Source: Paraspadella gotoi (taxonomy: Eukaryota > Animalia > Chaetognatha). Taken from it: DNA of 64,000 nucleotides. This document shows, piece by piece, positions 1-27,551 of this stretch. Both the position numbers and the translations under genes were made by a program. Location of the stretch: the NCBI GenBank assembly GCA_051294375.1, contig CM119264.1:8864764-8928763 (forward strand), given 5' to 3'. The number at the start of each line of letters is the position of its first letter. The first letter of the stretch is position 1. The notes under the pieces are model-generated. The model was not told where the DNA came from and made no database searches. It worked only from the letters and a program-made list of their open reading frames with translations.

Positions 1-218
1 AGAGGAGGAATAGGAGGAAGAGGGAGAGGAGGAGAAGAGTAGAAAAACCGACGAAGGCGAAAAAAATGGGGATGAACGCGGAGGAAGAGAAAAGAAAAGG
101 GAAAAAAAATAAATGAGAGAAGAGGTAAGAAGGAGGAAAAGCGGTAGAGCAAGGCGGGAAGTGAAAGAGACAGTTGATATAAAGAGAAGAAAGGAGAGAC
201 GAGAGAGAGAGACGAGAG

Positions 219-296
<78 letters not shown>

Positions 297-890
297 AACG
301 TAACGCACGAAGTCGACAAACGTTGTCGAGAAAACTGAGGACGTGACGATATCGACGATGAAGATGAAGATGATGACGATGAAGATGATGACGATGAAGA
401 TGATGACGGCCCCAGAAATTACTACATCTGCATCATATGGGCGAAGAAAAGAGAGAGAAAAGAAGTGAGAAAAAAGTGAGAAGATAGTGAGAAAAAAATG
501 TGAGGAAATGAGGAAAAGAGATAAAAAAATGAAATAGAAAGGAAAAAAAGGTAAAAAATATATTTAAGAAACCTAAAGAAAATAGAATCTTGAAAAGAAT
601 AAAAATTTTAAAGTAATAAACGAAAAAAAGATTTTAAAAAATGGGAATAAATGTTAATTAGGAATAAATCGAAATGTAGGGAGTATAGTATCTCATTGAT
701 ATCTTTTTTTTAATTCACGCAGAAAGGAAAAGATGCAGTTTTTTTAAAAAGTTTCTGAAAAAAAGAAAGAGATAAAAAAAATAGAAAGAAAGGATAAAAA
801 ATCCCACCAAAAAAATAAAGATGAAATTAAAAGGAAGGGAAGAGAGAAAAGATAAAAGCGGAAATAGAAGATAAAAAGCGTTAAGAAGGG

Positions 891-893
<3 letters not shown>

Positions 894-977
<84 letters not shown>
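894..977. repeat. (AG)n microsatellite; representative of dozens (e.g. 6484-6563, 14356-14458, 15675-15745, 63052-63168)
   Basis: Direct reading. Confidence 0.95.
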
Positions 978-981
<4 letters not shown>

Positions 982-1364
982 AAAGAGATAGGAGAGAAGT
1001 GAAGTATGGGAATGGAAAGACAAGAAAGAAGCCTTGATGGTTTTTTTCTTCTTTTTAACGCGAAATAATCTTCCAGAAATTATCCTAATCTGTCAATGAA
1101 ATCACCATTGAAATAAGAATTATTTAACCCTGATTTCGTCGGCCAGAAAAACTTAATTAAACTTGATATATATTGCATATGAGAAAGAGCATATAAGAGG
1201 TAAATATATAAATCTTAAGTATATAACCCCTTAATCTTGAGTTCAGATGTGACATGAATGTATTTTCGTTCATCATCTATAAAGTCCTAAAACAATGGGA
1301 GGACAATGGATGACACGATTCTACAAAGACGTTCACCGGGGAAAAAGATTAACGCCCCGATTAC

Positions 1365-1413
<49 letters not shown>

Positions 1414-1859
1414 TCGTTTTTATTTCTCGTTTTCTCGGAAAATAAAATCATGTTTCTATGAATTTTTCCTTTTTTTAATAGGGTTTTCCACAAATCTGCA
1501 TTAATATTAAAAACAAAAAAGAAATAATTGAATTAGAGTAAAGAATTAAGAACATTTATTCAAATTCAAATATTCAAGTATTCAATTATTAAATTAATAC
1601 ACATCCTATTTTTTTGAAATGATTCCTAAGTTTGTTTGTTTTTTTGTTTTTTTGTTGAGCATCTACTTATTTTATATACTTGAAATATTGCACTAAAAAA
1701 TAAATAATTAAATTTTCTCATTTCTCAAAAACACGAAAATTGTTTAGTGGTTGAAGACGAATAATTTGATTTTCCGAGGAACGAGATATTAATGTAATGA
1801 GAGGAGATGCGATTAAAATGTTGCGTTTCTCTGTTTATTCTAAGTAGAAACAGGAGTAG

Positions 1860-1943
<84 letters not shown>

Positions 1944-2662
1944 TCCTCTCATTTCCTCGTTAGTCGTAACGAAAGATTTTTTCTGAAAGCAACGACTTTA
2001 TAGACCACAATCTTTGATCGTTTATTCTTTTCAACGACAAATTCATTTTCACGTTTTTTTTTTTAAATTCAATTCAATTCAATTAAATCAACGGATATCA
2101 TTTAGCGACGTCGCGCGATTCCATATCCGCGACAAACTAATGAGCTTCACGCAAAAAAAAAAAAAAGAATAATGAAAATTTTCTGACTGCAAGATAATAT
2201 CGATTTATAATCTGGATTCCCTTTCTCCTATTGACTGCACCCTTCAGTCCGGCTTAATATTTTCTATGGTTAACGTCACGAAAGCTCACGGATTTTTTTA
2301 TTATTGTTAAAATGCAACCTCTAAGCGTATTAAAAGTTAACTTAACCTTTTGCTATTTTTATGAAAAAATTGTTACATTTTCAAATATTTTCGCGTCCTT
2401 TAGAAAGCTCAGGAGCAAAGACCCGAAAAACAACAACAATAACAAGGACGACAACTGAAAGAAGTCAACGTCTTATGACGCAAAAGAAATCACCAACTTA
2501 ACTCAAAAAAGGCAACTTTTATCATTTTCATATTTTCTTTCTTTTAATATTATGATTTAATATTTTACATCAAATACGTTTTTTTTAAATTACGTTCAGT
2601 GCTATTATCAAAGAAGTACTTGTATAGTAGAAATATCGATGATATTCGAAACATATAAACTT

Positions 2663-3045
2663 AACAAGAATGGTAATTCAAATGTGTTGCGCCGCAGTTA
2701 CTGCATTATCACGTGTATTTCTCGTAACATTACATGACATGACTTGACTATATAACTTTCTTAGCCTATGTATTTATGACACGCACTGCATCGGAATGCC
2801 GTCTTTTGTTCTCTATAGTTTTAGGATTTCCTGAAGGCGGCGCTAGCAGGTTGTTTACAGTCTTAACAAATGAGCAACCGACTATATGCAAGATTTGAAA
2901 AAAAAAAAAAAAAGAGCATTTTTAACGTTAGTGGGACAGATCGACGGACCCACCGACCGACAGACCGACGGACCCACCGACCGACAGACCGACCAAAAAC
3001 TGATTTATAGAGTTTCTCCGCGAGTACTCTCGGCGCAACAAAAAC
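2663..3045 (-). mobile_element. Possible non-autonomous Helentron/HINE (DINE-1-like) element
   Basis: The - strand begins TTTTTGTTGCG, then a short palindrome (GAGTACTC), ACTCTATA and a (GTCG/GTCT/GTCC)n microsatellite, and ends CTTGTT. This layout resembles HINEs; boundaries are uncertain and only one copy is present here. Confidence 0.35.
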
Positions 3046-5361
3046 AGAGATCGAAGGAAATTTTTTTTTTGTCACGTGAACGAAAGAAAAGAAAAGTTCA
3101 TTAGATTCGCAAAGACTTCAATTTCCCGCGATTTCCCGACAGAAACTCTTGATTATTTTCAACTCCTATCGCCGCCTTAGCGATTCACATTTACCCAACG
3201 AAAAGAGTGAAAAACAATTGTATTTAGTATATTTCTTTTTTTTCATGTTTTACATATTATTTTAAGTTTAATAAAATTAGTAAAATAGCCAATCAAATCG
3301 AATTTAACACAAACTCGCCCAAATTAGTTCGGGTCTACTGGAAAAAGAAAATCCTCTCTTTATTTTTTCTCCTCTTTAAATTTTTTTTCTTACTTTCTTC
3401 AATTTACTTTGCTAATTCGCGGGTGGAGAAAAGAAAGAAAATAAAATTCATTGAAATTTTAAAATTTGTGAAAATACCGTTAGATTAAAATAAAAATAAT
3501 AAAAAGTAAACGAATGAATATTTAGTGCGAGTCGGGAGGAATTTTCCTTAGAAAATCGCCAATAAAACTTATCAATTTCTATTTTTGTCTAGTTTATTTG
3601 TCTTCCTCGTCGCTTCTGAAATTCTTATGAAAAATTGCAAGATTACTTCTTTTATTATATTAGACTTTAAAATAATTGATTAAAATTTAAAAATAAATGT
3701 AAAAAATGTAAAAATGTAATATATTTGACTATGTATTAGATTTGATTATATTCTTTATATAAATATATTCTTTTATAATGTAATGGGATGTTAGTGTTGT
3801 CTTCTGAAAATATATATCTATACAACACAATGTTAAAAGTTACATTCTGCCCTAGTTTTCTAATTAGATATTATACATCAATCTTGTTTAGAAGTCATTA
3901 ATTGAAAATTCAAAATATCTAAAAATTTTAAACAGAAAGGGGTAGAGACTAGAGAGGATAATTTGTTATGTGATTAAGGTTATTTATGATTCGTTATTGT
4001 TGATGGTTAAGAATTGTATGTTCTGATAGGGATACATACGTGCATACATACATACATACATATGTCATGCAATTTTGTTTGAAATTTCTTAATGGAAATA
4101 TCTCTCATAAAGCCATAAATATTCTCTTTCAAATACTTCTCTCTTGTACGTTGTTTTTTTTTGTTTTTTGTTTTTTTTTAATGAACTATGAATCATCTTT
4201 GGCTTTCTGCTTTTATAAAATATATTATTTAAATAAAAGAAGTTAGGAATTTTGAGAGTAAAGATCATTGACACTGCTATTAAACTTTGGCGCTATACCA
4301 TTTTTTTACATTTTGATGATTTTCTTAACTATTTTTTTTTTTAAATTGATATCATTTTTTCCTGTCAGTGTCATCCCCTTTTCTTCTCTTCCTTTCAACG
4401 AATAAATAACATATTTCAATCTTTTTTCTCTCTTTCTCTTTTTTTTTCTCTCGCTATCGCCATTGTCGTCACATTCTCATTATTCTTTAAAGCCTCATTT
4501 ATTAATAAATTGCGCTTATAAGTCACTTCCTCTTTGAAATTATTTATTAAATCGAATTCCTCCCCCGTTTTTATCCCCTCTTTCTTCCCCCTTCCCACTT
4601 TGTGGGGGTATTTTTTTTCTTCGCTTATTTGTGGAAATGACCCCCGCTCCTCGCCTTTCACGACAGCGACAAATATTTGATTTATTGGACCTTCTTTCTC
4701 TCACCTTTCTTTTCATCGAGTTTTCCATATTTCATTCGTCACTCTCTTTTCCTTTTTGCTTTTTTTTTCATCGCTCCTTTCGTTTTCTTTCACCTTATAC
4801 TTTCTTTTCCCTCGCATTTAAAGAAAAATCCCTCATTATAAATTCTTAATAAGTTTTTTTATCCAATTGGCTTTTTTTTTTGGCTCGTATTCTTAAAAAT
4901 GTTTATCGCTTGAATGTTTTTCTACTGAAGCAATTCACTGTTTGTTTTTTTGTTTTTGGTGTTTTTTAATTAGTTTTGTTGGGTTACGGAGCTGCCTCTC
5001 TTATTTGTGAAGCCTTGAAAAATTCTCCCTACTGTTCTACCATTCGCTTAACCATGAACGTTAGTTATCAACATTTTTTTAGGAAAAACGACGGGCATTG
5101 CCTTACCTTTCAGCCAAGCAGCAGCCGCTAACCTTCAAGACGGCGAATCAAATCTCACGCCCATAAAAGTCACCGACGTGAATTCGAGAGTTGGGACACC
5201 AATCGGTGATCCCATTCATTATGATTCCCTACTTTTGAATTACAATGTGCTTTCGTTGTCAGATAAAAAAAAAGGAAAGAAAGAAAAAAAAGAAAGAACG
5301 ATTGAAAGAAAGAATGAAAAAGAGAGAATAAAATAAATTTAAAAAACTTCAAAAGAGAGAG

Positions 5362-5451
<90 letters not shown>
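5362..5451. repeat. (AAAG)n microsatellite; also 15049-15140, 29471-29561, 30934-31011
   Basis: Direct reading. Confidence 0.95.
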
Positions 5452-5733
5452 CAATAAATAAAATAAAAAAGAAGTCAAAAAAAGTATTTTTAGAAAATAA
5501 AGAAAGAAGAAAAAGAGAAAGAAAGAAGGAGGCCATCGCTTCTCATGATCACCCTTTCCTATACACAGTGAGAGGTGCTTTTCGTCGATATAAAAACTGC
5601 CTTCCTCTTTTTATGGTTATTGCGGATATTGAGGAATTCTCGCGAAACCCGTTCTCCTCGTCAACACCAATAAAAAAAGAAAAAGAAACATACTTTCTTT
5701 TCTGGAATTGATTACGGGGACACGAGAGTGAGT

Positions 5734-5777
<44 letters not shown>

Positions 5778-6480
5778 GAGGAGAGAGAGAGAGAGAGAGG
5801 GAGAGGAAAAAACGCCAACGTATTCCACGCTGAATAATTCATGGAAAATCTTTCCTTTCTTTTTCCGGTCTAATTCTTGGAAGGGAAAAAGAAAGACAAC
5901 AAATTTCCCCCTTTCTTTTTATTTCCTTTTTCATTATTCATTTTCTTCCTTAAACATTATGTTTCTCTTGGAAAACGAAACGAGTACGAATGGGTGAGCG
6001 CGAATGTAATTGCAAGAATTAAGTTAAATTGTTTTAATTATATTTAAATTATATGAAATAAAATTAAATACTTTCGAGGAAGTAGGAAAATAAAGGATCG
6101 TTAATATTACATTTGAGCACAAGCAATACCTTCAAGTCCTTCATTTATATGTCATCCCGGTTTATTGCAGTTATTACACACCCAATATGTTTCCATTATT
6201 TATTGCGCCGTTATTTTGTAGGCCGGAAGGTGTTAGATTAGGAACAATAAAAGCCATGTTAACATATATTGCGACAAAATTTGTGTTCGTTCGTCAAATG
6301 ATTAATTTACTTCGTAATAACAATCTGCACTAAGATCTGTCTTTTAATCGCAACATTGTTAGAAAGTTTACAAAATGAGTCTCCGACATTCGATACAAAA
6401 GAAAAGAACTTTTCCGTCTCAGGTTTTCTTTCCCAGCAAAATCGGTCGTTTGGTGGCCACGAGACCGAATCAACACAAGG

Positions 6481-6567
<87 letters not shown>

Positions 6568-7278
6568 CCTCCCAAATTCAACTACAAACAAACACCCTAT
6601 TTTGCCATTACCTCCACAGGACAGAATTTTCTCATCCGTGCGGCCGAACACAAATCCATTCAGACACGAGCTTCTGCTTGGATAAATGCTTGGCGGAGAG
6701 CTTGTAAGGGATGTGCTTTCCACTTACGAAAAGAGAGAATCATAGATGGTCGGTTGGTTTTTCACTCTTCCCATCCTTACGTTTATAAATATTGAAAAAT
6801 TACTTGTTTTACTATACAAAACAAAAATTGTAGAAAATTGTTTTAAAAAGTTAAATATCTTTTAAATGTTAAATCTATTTAATTGTTTTACTTAATATAT
6901 TTGTACTATAAGGGGAAAACGCATGTTACTGTTCTGTTTTACTTCTTTCCCTTTCTAGTTCCACCTTCTATTTTTTTTCCTTTACCTTCTGTCTCTCCCC
7001 TTTCCCCCTCCCACTCTTTCTGTCTTTTCAACTTCTCTACCTCATACAATCCGCTTGACTTCCTTTTCGTCTCTGCCTCCCGCGTCTCCCTCTCTCTCTC
7101 TGTCTTTCCTCCCGTTCTCCCTCTCTCTCAGTCTTTCCTCTCGTTCTCCCTCTCTCTCCTCTCTCACTCCCTCGTTCCTTCGCCTCCTTTTTCTCTTCCC
7201 CGAAGGTTAAAAAAAAAAAGTTCGTCCTTCGTCGAAAATTTTGACTTTTTTTTTACAGCCGGTTTTAATTTTCGATCC

Positions 7279-10200
7279 TTATGCGCAAAAGTTACGACGT
7301 TTTCGGGACGACATTTCTTTTTCGTCGTCGTCGTCGTCGTCGTTGTATTCCTCGTCGTCGTCTTGTTTCTTTACGAGGTTGTTTTCGTCGATGTCGCCAA
7401 ATATTCTGTTTGCTGGGAAAGTTGAGGGACGCGGCGATGGAATAAAGCGAGAGAGATCTCCCAAGTTAAAATTTCGACTCTTTCGACTCCCAGCCTGAAT
7501 CTGCAAAACTAACTTTGTAGAATGCGTATCGAATTCCTTTTCTGTATAAATTTGCCGAACATTAGCAGGTTTTACTCTTAAATATACTATGCATATAAGA
7601 TACAAAACATAATTTTTAAAATCAATAAAGAAAATTAATTATTTGTTGATAATACAACGAGTTTTATTTGAGAAACATTAAATACGGACATGTTTCGGTT
7701 TGTAGACAAAAAAGTCTAAAATGTCTACAAACAGAATCAATTATAAAGTTCTTGATTATTTATGGAGGCACTTTCCATACATCTTCGTTATTTTTAGTGA
7801 GCTTTTAGAGAAAGATAGAGAGAAAGAGAGAGAACGACTCTGGAGGGCGAGTAGGTTTGAAGCCGAGCCGGGGGTGGCATTATCCTTTCATAATCCTCTG
7901 AGATCATCCGAAACGAGGTCCCTGCGGCGTCCGCGGCGGCGCCGGCGGAGTTAGAGGTGGCAGCAGCAGGGATTGATGCATCTCGGCTTTATGTTATTTT
8001 ATTTTAAAGTAAGTATCAACTTACTATCGTACAAAGTGACGTACAATAAAAAATTTGAAATATTAATTTTCCTTAAATTTTACTGTACGTTTTTTAATTC
8101 TTTTGTAAGGTGCGTAAACACTCACTTTCTCCAAAAAAAAGAATTAATAAGAGAAAAAAAAAGAAGAAAACGAAATAAAAAAAAAAAAAAAGAAAAAAAA
8201 AAAAGAATCGAGGATGAGAGGAAGAAAGAGATGAATACAAAAAGCGGTTGAACAGAGAGAGAAATAGACACATTCTTCGATAAATGAATAATATATAGAT
8301 AGAGTGATAGGGAAAAATAAGGAAACAAAACAAAAATCAAAAGAAGAAATAAAAAAAGAAAGAAAGGGAGAAAGAAAAAAGAAAAGAGAGAAACACCAGA
8401 GCGAATTTGGCCGGAGATCGACCCAGCAGACGTCGATCCAGACTCGGCCGTGGCGGGTCGGCGCTTGTCGGGCGACGAACCCGCACAGCAGCGACGGGCG
8501 GTCGGCGGCGAAATCGGCCGTGGTTCGTCCTCGACAATCTTGACATAGGATCGAGGAATGAGACGCAAAGTCTCTTCCGTGGAATCCTTCGAAACCAGTT
8601 CTACGGTCGACGATCCTGTTGAGGCAGACGAGCGGGTTTGGGTCCTGTCCGTCTCTCTGTCTGTTTCCTTTATTTTCTATTTTGGGCTTTTAGCTCTCTA
8701 TGAAATTGGTACAACCAATATAAAAAATTATCCATTCATTTTAATAAATAAGCTATCTTGCCCCCCTATATATTTCATAGTCGCACAAATAAATATCTTC
8801 CCACTATTTAAATCCTAAATCCCTTCAAAGTTATTTGTTTTTATATTCATAATTTTTAAAGGGAATATTATTTTTCATCGGTTAATATGTATTCGTCGAT
8901 CTAGATTTAGGTTTCAACCTGTAAATCCTCAACTTTCCCTTTTGGAAAATGAATTTCCTTAAAGAATTTTGCGGGTGAAAAGTGAAAGAGGGCTCTGGCC
9001 ATCATTAGGTTCCCTCCGACGGAATCCGCGTCGCCATCTGCCTTGATGCATCGCCGGATTCCATTGCGGATTCCATCGACTCCAACGGGACGACATTCCT
9101 CCTTTTCCGTCTGCAAGAATCGTTGGTGAAAGATCGGATTCGTGGGCGATGCTTTCCTCTTTTGATTGATGAGAACCCTGAGGGTTTTTTAAGTGGGCCG
9201 AAAGAATATGATGGAAAGACTGGAACGCGCTTATCTGAAGTAAAAACAAGGGAAATAAAAATGCTGTATGTAAGTCAATAAACGAATGCTGCTTTACGCG
9301 ATTTTCAAAAATGTTTCCAGGGCGTGATTAAAGGGACGGTCGGAGGAAGGAGTTTAGAATTGAGTAGTAACTTAAAAGAAATATAAAGACAATATTTAAT
9401 AACGAATGATTGTGAGAGTTTATAAAAAGTTGATTAATTTCAATGTCGTTAAAAAGGAGATCGACGGGAGAAAATTTTATTTTGATAAAATTCATTGTTA
9501 GAATGGTTTTAGGAAGTTATCAAACGAAACCGATGCATCGAAACTTTCTATAACTAATTTCTAAAACTAAAAACTAATTTTTCGGCTAAAAAAATGCCCA
9601 AGGACGAATTTGGGGAACTGCAAGGCAAACCAAGCTCCTTCCTCCCTTCAACCTTGATTCTTTGGTCCCAAAATGTGTCCTCGTCTTGTGCAATTGTTCG
9701 AGATTCCGCTGTTCTGGCTTGTCCCAGTCTGCTTCTCCGCCTTCGACATTCAACCATCTCAATAGACTTCTTCCTTCTGCGAGTTAAGAAGCGGCGTCCG
9801 TCCTTTGAGCGTGATTCGTCCGGAGCGGCTTCGAAACGGAGGCTTGAAGCGGCACCGAAGGCGACAGCAACGCGGAGAGGGAAATTCTTATCCGTTTTGT
9901 CTTTGCGGAAGTCTCATTAACAGATGGTTGATCTTCTCTTTAATTGGTCGAAAATAGATTCGAAGACCTTTTTGAACCGAGGGCGTGAACTCCTTTTCAA
10001 ACCCCTTTCCACCGGACTCGGCGCGTCTTTTTCTCTTCTGCGTCTTTCCTGAGGACTTCCACATCCCCGATTCAGCCTCTTTTCTCAAATCTTTCGCTCT
10101 TCGTATAGCGGATTCGCTGATTCGGCTTCGTTTTGCTTCACTTTGAGCCAATCAATTGTCTCTGTTTTGATGCTCAGATCTTTTTTCTTCCGCTCGAATT

Positions 10201-13200
10201 ACTCGATTTCCATTCCCTCGGCCTCCGTTGGTTTGCGTCGAAGTTTTAAAGTTTTTCGACGATCGTGAAATATGTTCAGTTGTTTCGAAGAATTTTTTGC
10301 TGATTTGATGGTTGTCTCATTTGAAGAATTTTGCCTGTTTCGCTTTTGTTTGCAATTTCGCTGTTTCCGCTGGTTGTTTCCGAAGATTTTTGCAGTTGCC
10401 TCTAAAAGTCCCTGACAAATTTTCTTTTGCTCTTGAGATCTTTTCCTTTTTCCTTCTTTCATACCGCCGCCATGGACTGATATTCTCACCTTTCTCACAT
10501 TGCTCACTTTCACGTCTTTGTTTACTTTCAAGTTTCGCTTTCAGCTTTTCCAAAGGCCCCACGCTTTTATCTCCTTTCCTTTACCACATCAGAAATCCTT
10601 CCAACTCGAAGGGAACTTTTCCCACTGCCCATTGTGTAGAAATGGGGTGGAGACAAAGAGACAGAATCTTTCTCTTCTCCCTGTCCTTCTGCCGTTTCTG
10701 CCTGTAAAACCTTAAACGGAAAAAGAGCGAATTTGAGTCAACAATGAACATTTTTTTCAATAGCTTTAAGGATCTAGTTATTTCTTAAAAAGCAATTTAA
10801 TAGTATGAAATAAGTTTGCCGTAATACTTGAACTAAAATATCTCATCCCGAATAATCGATCTCATTTTCGAACGAATTTAGTACTAGTAAAAAAAAACAA
10901 CAACCAGTATTGCCTGTATAAATTTGAAATCGACCTCACGAACCTGATCCGCCGGAAAATTCCTTTCGAGGGTTTTCGTTTCCTTTAAATGGAAAAAGCT
11001 TCGGGCAGCGGAGTCAGCGGCGGAGTCGACGGCTGCGGCTGGCGGCGCTGGCGTTGGTTTGGGCCGTTCGCTCGGCGACGCTGCTGCCCAAAGACTTTTG
11101 TGGATGAGGAGGAGGATGACGACGATGATGAAGAGAAAGAGGACGAACGACGAGACTGAGAAAGAATTTGCCGACTCTCCCCTTTCGATTCTTGTCGGGA
11201 CAGGTCAATCTCACCGACCTTTGCCGCCCGTCTGCAAGACTTCAACGGTGCGAATGCCGACGTAAAACCCGACATTCGAACGCCGACGGCCATTTGCGAC
11301 GGATGACATAAGCATTTTCCGAACTTTTGCCGTCGCGTTTACCGACGCGGAGACCGACGAAAAATGACGGCCGATTTCTTTCGACGGAACCGAAGAAATC
11401 GACATCCGGTTGTCGGTCATAGCGGCGCCCAGTGGCCGTCGCCCCTCGAGTCCGATCGAACGACGAAACCCTTTCAATCAGGGGGCGTCTCGCTCCAGCA
11501 GATTCGCCTCGTGGCGGCCGCTTCCAGCAAATACGCGTCCTGCTGCTGCCGTTTCGAAATCTCGCCCATTAATTTCCCTTCTCCCGCTCCATTAAATTGG
11601 GCTCCTCATGACATATTATTCTTTTCCCAATTGCTCCAACGGCGTGACGTTCCGAAATTGGCTGGCTCTCTGTCGTTGCTCTTTCAATATTAGCCTCTTC
11701 CTTCGCTCCAGCAACATTCCGCCTTTTCCCAATTGCTTCAGCATTTCCCCCCCTCCCCCGCGTCGATCGGCGATTGTTGGCGTCGGACGAGCCAACTTCC
11801 GCCATGTCTCGTCCCCAACGTCGTTAATTTCAGAGGCTGCTGACCGTTTTCTTCCTGAATTTCATAAAGCCATATTTCGTAATGAAAAATTAACAAAAGA
11901 CAATTTTATTTTTTTACTGTAAACAACGATGATGTTTAACAAGCATTAACGGTAGTTAAGTTAAAATAAACCCGTCTTTTGTTAATTATTTATAAATACA
12001 ACGAAAAGAAATAATTAATAAAAGAGATGAGATTGAAGTTTCCTAATCAACGATTTACATATTTTTAGTAATAGAAACTTCAATCGGGTTATTTCTTTTC
12101 AAGAGTTTTATTTTTATTGTCATTTTAGTATTTGAATAATTTATGCGGTGCATAGTGACTCTAAAAAGAGGCATAATTGTATGGAGTGTGTTTGTACAGT
12201 ATCATATTTTAGAACCACCGAGTGTAGCGGGAGAGACAATAAATTGTAATTGAAATAATAACTGATAAAGAAAATTTCCTTTTTTTTTGAAGCCAAAATA
12301 AAGCTTCGCGACAATCTTGTTGTGGTTATTACCGTTTTGGTTTTCATAATTAAAACGTATTTTAAAGTTTGATTTTAGTGTTTTTCGAATAGTGTTAAAT
12401 AACATTTTATTATTGTGTCGATTTTTTTAAGCGTTTGTTTTTTCTCGAATTAAGTTTTTACAGGTAGTGGACGTAATATCACTACCCATTTTATACGACC
12501 CGTTCCATAATATCGCACTGGGCAAAATCTTCATCTCCATACCCAATGGGTCTCGGTTTTCTAGCACCAGGTTCTGAGTAAATATTGTGCAATCAATAAA
12601 TTGGCCGTTTATTTTTTAAATAAAAAGTTACTGAATGTTCGAAGCAAGAAAGGCCCCCCCATTTTTACTTTTTTCATTAAACGTATGATCAAAATAATGT
12701 TCATTGTTCAACTCACCCGTCGAAGGCTGCCATGTAATCGATGTCCTTTTGTTTCCGGCATCGCTCTTTCCTGTTCGAAAGTCCGCTTCAAGTTGTCTCC
12801 GTCTCTCTGAGCCTCTTTGAAGAAATTGCTGTTGGCGCGGCCACCTTGAGGTTGCGGTATATTTGAAAGGCATGAGACGAATAGAGAGATTAAAGGATTT
12901 CTTTTCAAAAAGCCCCAACTCCGCCGCCTCTGGACCTGTGCCTCCGTGTTTGACAAGGCCCCCATGATAGTGGACCCAAAAAGTCCGGGGTCGTTCGTAT
13001 TCGAAGGTCGACCGTCAACCTCGTCGTCGCGCCGCTCGATTTCCGACCGACGACAAAGGCGCCGCCGGTCGAGACCTCGCCGTCGATTCGGCGCCGCGAA
13101 CGAGCGGAACCGCGCAACCGCGGGGAGGCCGCTCTTCTTGAGGCCTTTGCGGCGCCGTCTCCATCAAGGTATCTATGAGCCAAGGAGAGAAGGTCAACGC

Positions 13201-13575
13201 CTGACATAAATACAATAACAATTGGTTGATCTGTCCTTGTAGTTTATAGATCTAATCGGTTTTTAGTTTTTTAAGAAATCTGTGTACNNNNNNNNNNNNN
13301 NNNNNNNNNNNNGAGAGAGAGAGAGAGAGAGAACACCAGTGACGAAAAAGGTGTTGAGGTCTTCAGCGGGAGGTACTACGTTTTTGACACCAAAGAATCG
13401 TCGAGGAGAATAAAAAAAATTATTTGTGAAAAAAAGGGAAATGAAAAAATGAAGAAAATAAAATTTTTGAAACAATTTTAACGAATGAACAATTTTTCTG
13501 CCCGTTTGCATCTAATTGCCCGCCAGTGGCGTTGTTTTCCGCGTCGTCATTCTCTCGACATTGTCGTCCACTCAT
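7279..13575 (-). CDS. Probable multi-exon gene for a low-complexity charged protein of unknown function; central exons frameshifted in this assembly
   Basis: GC-rich exon-like blocks, many with splice signals, at ~13575-13485, 13375-13337, 13200-12718, 12577-12495, 11855-10945, 10701-9600, 9234-8930, 8630-8397, 7981-7839, 7500-7279. The last three join in phase and end ..KEMSSRKRRNFCA*. The middle blocks need frameshifts, and no domain was recognised. Confidence 0.45.
13288..13312. other. Assembly gap; one of six gaps of exactly 25 N (also 16152, 31494, 34766, 50016, 52544); others at 31116 (10 N), 46057 (71 N), 46717 (26 N)
   Basis: Direct reading; duplicated blocks start or end at several of these gaps. 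Confidence 0.98.
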
Positions 13576-13835
13576 CCGTTTGAAACGAAAAGTCCTGTCC
13601 GTCTGTCGGTCTCTAGGTTAGTTTATGACTCTCTGCGTCGGTGTGTCTGTTCCCCCATCAGTTTGATTGATTTACTTGTATTTATTTATTTTTTTTGTCT
13701 AGTTTGAAATAAATTACTGATCATAGCTCTAGGATGTTCACCAACGCCATCGACGGACGTAAAGCGAATTTCTCAGCGAATCTTCGCCACGACGCCGCCT
13801 CGAATCGACGTCGATGGAAAAACAAAAGATCAACG

Positions 13836-27242
<13,407 letters not shown>

Positions 27243-27471
27243 ATTTCATCTTTTCTGAGAACTGAAGATGAGGATGATGATGAGTAAAACTGAAGAGATG
27301 CGCCTGATAACGAAATGATTCTCTCTCTTCGTATTCTGTCACGTCGCTATTTCATTAAGTGATTTTTTTGTTGTCGGTCAGTGGCGTCTGGGTCAAGTCA
27401 TGAGTTTCGCTTTTGATAGCATCATTGTTATATTTTATTGTCATCAACGAAATTATTGGCTATATTCATTC

Positions 27472-27551
<80 letters not shown>

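Noticed and set aside
2935-2995. Short regularly spaced repeats as a CRISPR-like array
   Set aside because: Only a 24-bp unit duplicated within a tetranucleotide microsatellite, with no unique spacers and no cas genes, in eukaryotic DNA.
5083-5270. Exon-like island (GKTTGIALPFSQAAAANLQDGESNLTPIKV on +; a GTAAGG donor on -)
   Set aside because: The strand is ambiguous, and no partner exons or domain were recognised.
113-7425. Many ORFs reading RERERE, SLSLSL, FFLSFFLS or KERKKERK (here and throughout the window)
   Set aside because: They are translations of (AG)n and (AAAG)n microsatellites that lack stops; there is no splice or domain support.
9600-11860. TGA read-through, an alternative genetic code or programmed frameshifting to explain the broken frames
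   Set aside because: TAA stops also interrupt the frames. The clean genes in the window use the standard code and end in TGA or TAA. Indel noise is documented in neighbouring duplicates.
13395-13420. Apparent non-AG splice acceptor after a pyrimidine tract on the - strand
   Set aside because: A canonical CGTAG acceptor exists ~25 nt further on (~13376), so no non-canonical intron is needed.
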